This document shows positions 7,976 to 14,737 of a stretch of DNA of 15,242 nt, piece after piece. Below the pieces are notes generated by a model. It saw only the letters and a program-made list of their open reading frames with translations, ran no database searches and had not been told where the DNA came from. The position numbers and the translations under genes were made by a program. The stretch's first letter is position 1. Each line of letters starts with the position of its first letter. The stretch is from Prochlorococcus sp. AG-355-B18 (GTDB lineage: Bacteria; Cyanobacteriota; Cyanobacteriia; PCC-6307; Cyanobiaceae). The DNA is taken from assembly GCA_003280965.1 (NCBI GenBank), contig QCDI01000017.1:1-15242 (forward strand). Reading direction: 5' to 3'.

Positions 7976-8218
7976 ATGGCTTTAAAAAAAGACACTAAAA
8001 AAGACACTAAAAAAGATTTTATAAATAATAAAGCAATGTTCGCTTATGGAGTTATTCAATTAGGTGCAAAAGTTGTATCTGCTGTTGCATTAGTAGCTAT
8101 AGCTCTAGGCTTTTGCGCATTAAAACAAGAATCAAATTTCTTTAATGAATGTGTTGAAGAAATTAAAGCTACTGGTTCACCAACAGCTGATTCAGTTCGT
8201 TTTTGTACAGGTGGTTAA
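7976..8218 (+). CDS. small membrane protein with C-terminal Cys motif (C..VRFCTGG), copy A
   Basis: 80 aa, one long hydrophobic helix, clear paralog of 12014..12254. Confidence 0.75.
   Translation: MALKKDTKKDTKKDFINNKAMFAYGVIQLGAKVVSAVALVAIALGFCALKQESNFFNECVEEIKATGSPTADSVRFCTGG
7985..8016 (+). repeat. 12-bp in-frame tandem repeat (AAAAAAGACACT x2.7; KKDT)
   Basis: Units at 7985-7996 and 7997-8008, partial unit at 8009-8016. Confidence 0.85.
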
Positions 8219-8300
8219 TTATATGAAATAAAAGTAATATTTTCATTTGATTTATTCCTCCCACAATCAATTTAGCAATTAATTCTGAATCTCGATCTAT

Positions 8301-9356
8301 CTACTTTAATAGCTCTACTGCCACAACAAGATTTCCTAATAGTCCGTTCAAAATATTTAGTTGTTCTTTACTACCAAATGCTATTAATACTTGACCTGGT
8401 TGAAGTATGAAATTACCTCCAGGATTAGTAAACAACTTTTCATTTTCTTTAATAGCTAATATTTTAGCTCCACTTTTTTTTCCTATTCCTAGTTCAGAAA
8501 GTGATCTTTTCTCTGCAGTTTCAAAAAGGCTGATATCGTTACTTAATTCAAATTCTTCAATTTCACATTCACTTCCTGCGAGCAGATCAAGAAAGTCAAT
8601 AGCAATAGGTCTTAAAGCCATTGATGCCATTGCTCTTCCTGCTGCAATATAAGGGCTTACAACTATACTTGCACCAGCTAATCTCAACTTACTTGCGGCT
8701 TCTTCAGTTCCAGCTCTTGCAATTACTCTTATAGTGCTTCTTATCCCTTTAGCACTTAAAACAACATATAAATTTGCAGCATCATTAGGTAAGGTAACAA
8801 CCAAACTTTTGCATTTTTCTAGTCCCGCTAGTTTTAAAGTCTCATCAAGAGTTGCATCTGCACAAAGAACTTCTAAACCATTTTCTTCAGCAATCTTTTT
8901 TCTATCTTCATCGCTTTCTACAACAATAATTGGAATATTTTGCGTTTTTATTTGGTTAGATATTTCCTGTCCTACCCTCCCATATCCGCACAAAATTACA
9001 TGATTTTCCATTTTTCTAAGAATTCTTTTAAAACGTAATTCGTTTACTCTTTGAAAATAGCCGGATTCGAATAATCTAACAGCTTTTTGAAAGGTAAATT
9101 GAATAAAGATCAATCCGCCAACGATTACCAAAACAGTTACGATCCTGCCTTCAGGACTTAAAGGTTGAACTTCCCCAAAACCAATTGTGGTTATTGTGAT
9201 AAGAACCATCCATAAGCAATCGCTCCATTCCCATCCCTCTGTTATTCGATAGCCAATTGCACCTAAAAAAAACAGAAAGAATAAAGAATAAATAAGACCA
9301 AACCAAGGCCTTAAATAGTCTTTAATAAAATAGAACTCAAATAATCTAAGCTTCAT
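8301..9356 (-). CDS. potassium channel with TrkA-N/TrkA-C (RCK) domains
   Basis: Two TM helices with selectivity filter TITTIGFGE, Rossmann motif CGYGRVG, and C-terminal TrkA-C domain. Confidence 0.93.
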   Translation of the reverse strand: MKLRLFEFYFIKDYLRPWFGLIYSLFFLFFLGAIGYRITEGWEWSDCLWMVLITITTIGFGEVQPLSPEGRIVTVLVIVGGLIFIQFTFQKAVRLFESGYFQRVNELRFKRILRKMENHVILCGYGRVGQEISNQIKTQNIPIIVVESDEDRKKIAEENGLEVLCADATLDETLKLAGLEKCKSLVVTLPNDAANLYVVLSAKGIRSTIRVIARAGTEEAASKLRLAGASIVVSPYIAAGRAMASMALRPIAIDFLDLLAGSECEIEEFELSNDISLFETAEKRSLSELGIGKKSGAKILAIKENEKLFTNPGGNFILQPGQVLIAFGSKEQLNILNGLLGNLVVAVELLK

Positions 9357-9539
9357 ATCCCTTATTATCGTTAACTATTCAAAAATTTCAAAAAAATTTT
9401 CTATTATGTTCCTAAAACTATTTATTTGTTTGAGTGAAATATATATTAAGCAGGATAATAATATTTATTTTCGTAGCTGTATGCATTAAACAAATGATTA
9501 TGGTCTCTGGTCTTATTTAGTTATTGATTCAAAAGCAAT

Positions 9540-9671
9540 TCAAGGTTTTACTTGGACAGATTCAATTAGAAAATCAGAAGCTGTTCTTAACCAATCTGCT
9601 ACTGTTAAACGAAGTTCAGGCTGAGAATATACAAGCGCAACGATAATTCCAACTAAGATTAATTTTACCAT
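9540..9671 (-). CDS. small single-TM protein, 43 aa (MVKLILVGIIVALVYSQPELRLTVADWLRTASDFLIESVQVKP)
   Basis: Read by hand: ATG 9671 to TGA 9540. Hydrophobic N-terminus plus amphipathic helix; co-oriented with neighbours. Confidence 0.65.
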   Translation of the reverse strand: MVKLILVGIIVALVYSQPELRLTVADWLRTASDFLIESVQVKP

Positions 9672-9748
9672 GGCATTTCAAATATTCTTATGAATTAAAG
9701 CACAACTATTTAATAAAAAGAACCTTAAATTTATAAAAAAGAGATTAA

Positions 9749-10102
9749 TTACAATCTCTCTAATTGATTAAATAAATATTCCACTCTTCTAAGATTAACG
9801 CCTAAATCAGATTGACCTAATCTTGCGGCAGATCTTATTTGAATAATTCCTTTAGACCTGTCAACATAACTTCTGACATCAAGCTTCAAAATTTCAAGAT
9901 CATCTGGAAATCTAAAAATCAAGCTTCTACAAACACCTCTCCAATAATTCCTTCCACTTTCAATAACTTCTGTACGAGGTAACCCTTCTGCTAGAGAAAC
10001 GAGTTGAATGAACTTTTGATCAACATTGATTAGTTTCTTTTCTACTAAGACACTATTTAATGGATTGGTTATTGGAGCAAGACCCTGGATGGAGGAAACC
10101 AT
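9749..10102 (-). CDS. DUF1499 family protein
   Basis: SLIFRFPDDLE and IQIRSAARLGQSDLGVNLRRVE motifs. Start placed at MVSSIQ (10102); the ORF track extends to a TTG at 10159. Confidence 0.8.
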   Translation of the reverse strand: MVSSIQGLAPITNPLNSVLVEKKLINVDQKFIQLVSLAEGLPRTEVIESGRNYWRGVCRSLIFRFPDDLEILKLDVRSYVDRSKGIIQIRSAARLGQSDLGVNLRRVEYLFNQLERL

Positions 10103-10224
10103 ATTATTTAGAAACAATATTGATGTTCTAACCGATTTCATACACAAAGTGAGAGCCAAAAATAAATAATTTTCGGCGAAAAGTTATTTACATGTTGCGA
10201 TTACTAAATTTATTGTTGAAAATT

Positions 10225-10362
10225 CTAAAATTTAAGATTTTTTATCGTCTTTTTCGATAGAGAGGGTTGTCTAGCTTCTTTACTATTTAGTTTCTTAACC
10301 CATAAAAAAACTACTGGCAATAACAATATTTCGACAATAATTCCAACCTTTAATAGACTCAT
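10225..10362 (-). CDS. small single-TM protein, 45 aa (MSLLKVGIIVEILLLPVVFLWVKKLNSKEARQPSLSKKTIKNLKF)
   Basis: Read by hand: ATG 10362 to TAG 10225, GAGGA RBS about 6 nt upstream, TM helix followed by a basic tail. Confidence 0.65.
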   Translation of the reverse strand: MSLLKVGIIVEILLLPVVFLWVKKLNSKEARQPSLSKKTIKNLKF

Positions 10363-10458
10363 TTTTTGTCCTCTTTTTTCTTATTGGTGCCCTCTATGTA
10401 TGGCACAAGAATATTTAATAACCACTTTTTAAATGAACTCAACGGTTTCATAATCTAT

Positions 10459-10851
10459 TTACTTGCCTCTTTTCCATAAACTCTTCCCTTTGATGAGATC
10501 CTCTATATTTGGCCATGCTGCTATTAACTCTTTAAGTGCTTTTCTATTAGGAGTATAAAAGATACATGATAATGCACTTATTACATAAAGTATGAACCAC
10601 AACTTACTCTCTGAATAAGCTAAAAACAAAGAGAAAAGAAAACTTCCAATAAAGAAAAAGAAAAATAACCTATTTACTATCTCTAATGGGGTTCTTTTAA
10701 GCCTGTAAAATTTAACCTTTTTTTTGTCTGGTTCTGTATCTCTCTGAAATTTACTTTCGTATGAATTAATTATTTCTTCTTCTAGAACTTTTTCATACTC
10801 TAAATTATCAATTGGATCACTATTATCCTTTTTATTTTTCATTAAAATCAC
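10459..10851 (-). CDS. hypothetical membrane protein (two TM helices)
   Basis: ORF track; charged N-terminus and two hydrophobic segments. The real start may be the ATG at 10842. Confidence 0.75.
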   Translation of the reverse strand: MILMKNKKDNSDPIDNLEYEKVLEEEIINSYESKFQRDTEPDKKKVKFYRLKRTPLEIVNRLFFFFFIGSFLFSLFLAYSESKLWFILYVISALSCIFYTPNRKALKELIAAWPNIEDLIKGKSLWKRGK

Positions 10852-10917
10852 ATAATAATCACAATATTAACTAATTTATTGTGTTTTAAAAAGTATCAAA
10901 TTATATCTATATAAAGC

Positions 10918-10939
10918 TGTTATACAAACAGATCATGAT
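10918..10939. repeat. 22-bp intergenic motif, copy 1 (TGTTATACAAACAGATCATGAT)
   Basis: 20/22 identical to 12504-12525. Confidence 0.55.
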
Positions 10940-11125
10940 TATGAAAATACTTCAAGATTGTCTTATTTATAAAAGATAAATTAGTCAAAATATTCTTTTT
11001 AATTTTCCCAAATCTTTCGGTCATTTAAAACAATCACTTCTATAAACTTAATAGCATTAATTAAATCGAGAGGCAATATCTAAATCTAGAGTTAAAATAG
11101 TTTAGAGATTTTAAAAATAATCTAT

Positions 11126-11437
11126 ATGCAAAGGTATTTGATTTCCTACGAATTCACAGATGGTGAGGATCAAGAAGAGGGGGCAGAAATGCTAATTAAT
11201 TGGTACGAATCAGGTGGTCCCCAAAACAGACCTGAAAACTATGAGGTTCATTCTTGGATTTTTATGGTTCAAAATGGTATTGGACATTCTGTAGTGAGTG
11301 CAGATTCACTTGAGACAATTTGGAAGCAATGGCATCCCTGGAGAAGGTTAATGGATATTAGTATTCAGCCTTGTATGGATCTTGATGAGACGGTCGGATT
11401 ATTCAAAAAACAAAAAATGAATACAAGAATGGTCTAA
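11126..11437 (+). CDS. DUF3303-like protein
   Basis: 103 aa; pattern YLISYEF...WYESGG...VVSADS...IWKQWHPW...ISIQPCMD recognised from memory. Confidence 0.7.
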   Translation: MQRYLISYEFTDGEDQEEGAEMLINWYESGGPQNRPENYEVHSWIFMVQNGIGHSVVSADSLETIWKQWHPWRRLMDISIQPCMDLDETVGLFKKQKMNTRMV

Positions 11438-11472
11438 AAATATTTCTTAATTCTCTATAATAATTCTTTTTT

Positions 11473-11490
11473 TAGTAACAGCCAATACTA
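11473..11490. promoter_or_regulatory. NtcA-type box GTA-N8-TAC (TAGTA-acagccaa-TACTA)
   Basis: Exact GTA-N8-TAC at 11475-11488, extended to a 5-bp perfect palindrome. A CATAAT -10-like hexamer sits at 11495-11500 and the start codon at 11534. Confidence 0.55.
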
Positions 11491-11533
11491 CATACATAAT
11501 CCTTTGCGTTAAAAAGGGTAAGATTTATTTTCC

Positions 11534-11728
11534 ATGATGAATGATTCTTATCACATTTACTTCAAAGGAGAAATTCTTTTCAAGAATTTAAGTAAGGATG
11601 AATTCGAATTTGTTTGGGGAAAACTTTATACATCCTATATAAATGCCCTAAATAAAGAGCTAACTTTCGAATTAATTAGTGAAAACAATATTATGGAACC
11701 GGCCTTTAATCTTGAGCCATCTTACTAA
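11534..11728 (+). CDS. small hypothetical protein, resembles cyanophage YHIY...NL..EF...SY proteins
   Basis: 64 aa ORF. The resemblance to T4-like cyanophage hypotheticals is from memory only. Confidence 0.65.
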   Translation: MMNDSYHIYFKGEILFKNLSKDEFEFVWGKLYTSYINALNKELTFELISENNIMEPAFNLEPSY

Positions 11729-11748
11729 TTCAAGAATTAAATATTAAT

Positions 11749-11991
11749 TCATGAATAAAACAAGAAAATCTGTTTCCCTTTTATTTTTAGAAACTCCTTT
11801 TCTTCTTTAGTAATATCCAAACCTATTTTATTAGCCTCAATTTCTACATTTGAACTATAAGTTTCATAGTTCTGATCTCTTTTAAATAGGGCGGCAATAC
11901 CAATATCAGTTATGAACCAAATAAAGTGATAAGTTTCTCCGATTGGCTCTTCTTTTAAAGAATCAATAATCAGATCACTTGTTGAATCCAT
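11749..11991 (-). CDS. hypothetical protein, 80 aa
   Basis: ATG-initiated ORF with globular composition, directly downstream of 12014..12254. Confidence 0.7.
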   Translation of the reverse strand: MDSTSDLIIDSLKEEPIGETYHFIWFITDIGIAALFKRDQNYETYSSNVEIEANKIGLDITKEEKEFLKIKGKQIFLFYS

Positions 11992-12013
11992 TTAATTTAT
12001 TTATTTAGAACTT

Positions 12014-12254
12014 TTAATTACCCCCATTGCAATACCTTACTGCCTCAGAATTAGTTCCACCATCTTCAATAATTTCAGCGACACATTTATTGAAAAGTTT
12101 AGACTCTTTTTTTACTGAACAGAATCCAAAAGCAATCGCAGCTAAAGCTATTGCTGATACAAAACTAGAACCAAGTTGTATAAAACCATAGGCAAACAAA
12201 CATAATGTTTTTCTTTCCAGAACACTTTTTAGTATCCTTTTTCTCTTCTGTCAT
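12014..12254 (-). pseudogene. small membrane Cys-motif protein, copy B, frameshifted by a 4-bp duplication
   Basis: ATG 12254 gives MTEEKKDTKKCSGKKNIMF, homologous to the N-terminus of 7976..8218. The coding strand reads ATGTTTGTTTGCC instead of ATGTTTGCC (CAAA x2 at 12193-12200 on +). The span is 241 = 237+4 nt. Confidence 0.8.
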
Positions 12255-12503
12255 TATAAAATTTTAACTTAATTTAATTTATGTGATTAATTTTAGATTT
12301 GAGAAATATTTCCATAGAGAAAACCGAATCAAGACTTAATTTGAACTAGTGAGACAAAAATTTTAAATTTCAAGTTTCCTTTTATTTTTCTTAACTTTAA
12401 TTGTCAATTTGATACATCTTAAAGAAAAAACCTTTTTAATTATTTCTCAACAAAAGCTGCTAGGAAAGAAATTTTTTTCTGATTTAAAAAGGAATGATCC
12501 CAT

Positions 12504-12525
12504 TGTTATAACAACAGATCATGAT
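12504..12525. repeat. 22-bp intergenic motif, copy 2 (TGTTATAACAACAGATCATGAT)
   Basis: 20/22 identical to 10918-10939. Its 3' part recurs as GATCATTATGCTTT at 12742-12755 (13/14 to 12517-12530). Confidence 0.55.
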
Positions 12526-12617
12526 GCTTTTTAAACTATATTTAAACTTTTCTTAGTGAAGTATTAATACTTAGAAATTATTCCATAAAAGCTTGTTTTG
12601 ATAATGCTCCCCGAGAG

Positions 12618-12729
12618 TTATCCACTTTTTAAGTGTTTTTCAACAGGGTTTTCCACAATATGTTGATTTAATTTAATTTTCTATGTGCAAAATAAAATAT
12701 TATCTTTTTTTGAGTAAAAGACATCCACA
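12618..12729. promoter_or_regulatory. cluster of DnaA-box-like 9-mers
   Basis: Versus TTWTNCACA: TTATCCACT 12618 (1 mismatch), TTTTCAACA 12637 (1), TTTTCCACA 12649 (0), TTTTGCACA on - at 12684-12692 (0), ACATCCACA 12721 (2). Confidence 0.55.
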
Positions 12730-12787
12730 ATTTTTTTTGGGGATCATTATGCTTTAACTGTCTTTAGATAATTTTAAGTCTAATTTT

Positions 12788-12913
12788 ATGAATTTAAAAG
12801 AGACAAAAAAGAATTTAACCTCTGAAATCAAGAAAGAACTGAAAAAATCTAACCTCGAAGTTCTTACTAATGAAAATGATTTTTTAGTAAAAAACCTTAA
12901 AAAGGCTGGATAA
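12788..12913 (+). CDS. possible 41-aa Lys-rich peptide (MNLKETKKNLTSEIKKELKKSNLEVLTNENDFLVKNLKKAG)
   Basis: Read by hand: ATG 12788 to TAA 12913; no strong RBS. Confidence 0.4.
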   Translation: MNLKETKKNLTSEIKKELKKSNLEVLTNENDFLVKNLKKAG

Positions 12914-13099
12914 TTAACAAGTCCTTAAAATATCTTTATTTTTATCAACAAATTTTTAAAGTTTTCCCTTAAGACAAATCAATTTTTTAATGTTCACCAC
13001 AAAAGCTCTTTGGTTTTTTCAAATATAAAATTTCTATTAAATATACACCCTAAATCTCCTGATACTAAACATATAAAACAATTATTAGTTATATTATTT

Positions 13100-13118
13100 A
13101 GATCTCAATAAGAGATCT
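13100..13118. promoter_or_regulatory. inverted repeat AGATCTC-aataa-GAGATCT (possible operator or hairpin)
   Basis: Perfect 7-bp arms, 90 nt upstream of 13208, no U-tract. Confidence 0.3.
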
Positions 13119-13207
13119 GATTAGAAATATAAACGGAAAATTCATATTTTTAAAATTATTTAAAAAGTTTATTTCCACTGTATTTGCAACGTATTCCTAT
13201 AAATTAA

Positions 13208-13459
13208 ATGAACACCCAAGAACTAAAAGTCAATTATAAAAAGCTTTTAAACAAAGCTAATCAAGCAAACGGTCGTAAAGAAACCATTTTTTACTTAAAT
13301 CGTGCTGCTAAAATAAAGTCAAAACTCTACTCAACCACTAAAGTAAATTGCTTCAGATGTAATGGAGCAGGTTTTTTGAGGGTTTCATTAGATGAAACTA
13401 AAACCTGTTTATCTTGTTATGGTAAGGGTTTCTTAATTAAAGAAAATCAACAGCTTTAA
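13208..13459 (+). CDS. small protein with DnaJ-type zinc finger (two CxxCxGxG repeats)
   Basis: CFRCNGAG and CLSCYGKG; no J-domain HPD motif. Confidence 0.8.
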   Translation: MNTQELKVNYKKLLNKANQANGRKETIFYLNRAAKIKSKLYSTTKVNCFRCNGAGFLRVSLDETKTCLSCYGKGFLIKENQQL

Positions 13460-13477
13460 AAAAAATTTGATTTATTA

Positions 13478-13633
13478 ATGAAAGATCTCATTCAAGCTCA
13501 TAAAAAATTAATTAAAACAGTCAAAGAGCAAATGGGTTTTTCAGATTATGGGATGTACTGGCTAGCCTTCCTCGAAGGTGGGTTAACTATTTGGTTGCTA
13601 GATAGAGTATTTTTTCACTGGTTAAAGTTTTAA
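13478..13633 (+). CDS. small membrane protein, 51 aa (MKDLIQAHKKLIKTVKEQMGFSDYGMYWLAFLEGGLTIWLLDRVFFHWLKF)
   Basis: Read by hand: ATG 13478 to TAA 13633, 18 nt after the previous stop. Amphipathic helix, SDY motif, then a TM helix. Confidence 0.7.
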   Translation: MKDLIQAHKKLIKTVKEQMGFSDYGMYWLAFLEGGLTIWLLDRVFFHWLKF

Positions 13634-13722
13634 TTTTGATTTAGACAAAAAAATTCTGTAGATATTAAACGAATTAATTTATCGAAACCATTTAAAAAGT
13701 TGTAGCATAGTAAAAAACCGAT

Positions 13723-13950
13723 ATGCAATTACTGGGATTAATCCTTCTTCTAGCTAGTAGCTGGTATTTATGGAAATTAACATCAAACTTTCTTGATGAA
13801 CCAACAAAAAAAGAGCTGACAAATAGTTTCAATAATCTCAAAAATAAATTCTCTGAGGGGAAACAAAACTTTTCTAAAGCAAAAATAAGTGAAGCTTGGG
13901 AAAAATACAAAGAAGAAGGTGGAGCATTATCTAATAAAGAAAAAAGCTAG
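13723..13950 (+). CDS. small membrane-anchored protein, 75 aa
   Basis: N-terminal TM helix and charged tail; stop overlaps the next start (TAGTG). Confidence 0.65.
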   Translation: MQLLGLILLLASSWYLWKLTSNFLDEPTKKELTNSFNNLKNKFSEGKQNFSKAKISEAWEKYKEEGGALSNKEKS

Positions 13951-14204
13951 TGGACTTTTTTATTATTACAAGCTTCACTAAAGATATTTCTAGAATTGAT
14001 CTATTTGGTATTTTGATTGGTCATTTAATTTTTGGTGTTGCATTGACAAAGCTTTTAGATTGGACGTGGTTAAAGAACCTTATGAGTGAAGAAGAGAAAA
14101 TAAGGATGCTTAAAAGCTATACATGGAAAGACTTATTAGTTGATGGAGCAATTATTACGGTAGTTATAGGAATAATCTTTTTAATAATTAGCATTTTTTT
14201 ATAA
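13950..14204 (+). CDS. small two-TM protein, 84 aa
   Basis: GTG start overlapping the previous TAG; two hydrophobic segments. Confidence 0.65.
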   Translation: MDFFIITSFTKDISRIDLFGILIGHLIFGVALTKLLDWTWLKNLMSEEEKIRMLKSYTWKDLLVDGAIITVVIGIIFLIISIFL

Positions 14205-14300
14205 ATGAATGTAACTTACATCCTTTTATTTTTTTTAATGATATCAATCATGATTTTTACTCAAATAATAAATTCCTCCGACAAGAATCAGAATAAATGA
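14205..14300 (+). CDS. 31-aa single-TM peptide (MNVTYILLFFLMISIMIFTQIINSSDKNQNK)
   Basis: ATG abuts the previous TAA; its TGA overlaps the next ATG (ATGA). Confidence 0.5.
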   Translation: MNVTYILLFFLMISIMIFTQIINSSDKNQNK

Positions 14301-14398
14301 CAGAAGTAAGTAGCAACTCCTCAAGTGGATGGTATCTAATCGCTTTGGTGAGCACTTTATCTTTTTTAGCCTTGATATATTTCGGCCAAAAAAAATAG
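14297..14398 (+). CDS. 33-aa single-TM peptide (MTEVSSNSSSGWYLIALVSTLSFLALIYFGQKK)
   Basis: ATGA overlap with the previous ORF; TM helix ending in KK. Confidence 0.55.
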   Translation: MTEVSSNSSSGWYLIALVSTLSFLALIYFGQKK

Positions 14399-14425
14399 AG
14401 TACACCTTGAAAGATTTTTAAAATC

Positions 14426-14464
14426 AAAAAAAAACTCTGCAACTACTTGAGATGCAGAGCTTTT
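14426..14464 (-). terminator. intrinsic terminator, probably bidirectional
   Basis: Stem CTCTGCA (14435-14441) / TGCAGAG (14453-14459). A9 on the left gives a U9 tail on the - strand, T4 lies on the right, and it sits between convergent units. Confidence 0.8.
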
Positions 14465-14482
14465 AATTATTAATTGACTTAT

Positions 14483-14605
14483 TTATATAAATCTATTGAT
14501 AATAAAACCTTTTTTCTTAATTAAAGAAAAAGAGACCGATGAATGTGATGAAGATACTGAATTCACGGCCCCTTTGATAACCGCATTTTTCGGTAGATAC
14601 GACAA
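14483..14605 (-). CDS. putative 40-aa Ser-rich peptide (MSYLPKNAVIKGAVNSVSSSHSSVSFSLIKKKGFIINRFI) with full-length SD
   Basis: TTG start with GGAGG 7 nt upstream inside TAAAGGAGGTGAT; TAA at 14483-14485; terminator about 24 nt downstream. Confidence 0.55.
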   Translation of the reverse strand: MSYLPKNAVIKGAVNSVSSSHSSVSFSLIKKKGFIINRFI

Positions 14606-14608
14606 TGA

Positions 14609-14621
14609 ATCACCTCCTTTA
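14609..14621 (-). promoter_or_regulatory. extended Shine-Dalgarno TAAAGGAGGTGAT
   Basis: The + strand reads ATCACCTCCTTTA, which matches the conserved 16S rRNA 3' tail (AUCACCUCCUU). Confidence 0.75.
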
Positions 14622-14737
14622 CTAATGTTTTTTTTAAGATAACTAAAAAAAATAAATAAGCAAAGAAATGCGTAAAAAATTTAAAATTTTTTTAACAAAT
14701 TAACGATATAAATCTCTTCAATATCAAAGCTTAGATA

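Noticed and set aside
8407..9003. + strand ORFs 8407..8652 and 8734..9003
   Set aside because: Antisense shadows of the K+ channel gene.
10387..10406. GTGCC-N10-GGCAC inverted repeat
   Set aside because: Only 5-bp arms, no U-tract and no second copy.
13692..14442. - strand ORFs 13692..13910 and 14257..14442
   Set aside because: Antisense to the coupled + strand microprotein chain; the second starts inside the terminator hairpin.
14609..14621. 16S rRNA gene fragment
   Set aside because: Only the ~12-nt tail matches; the flanks show no rRNA similarity.
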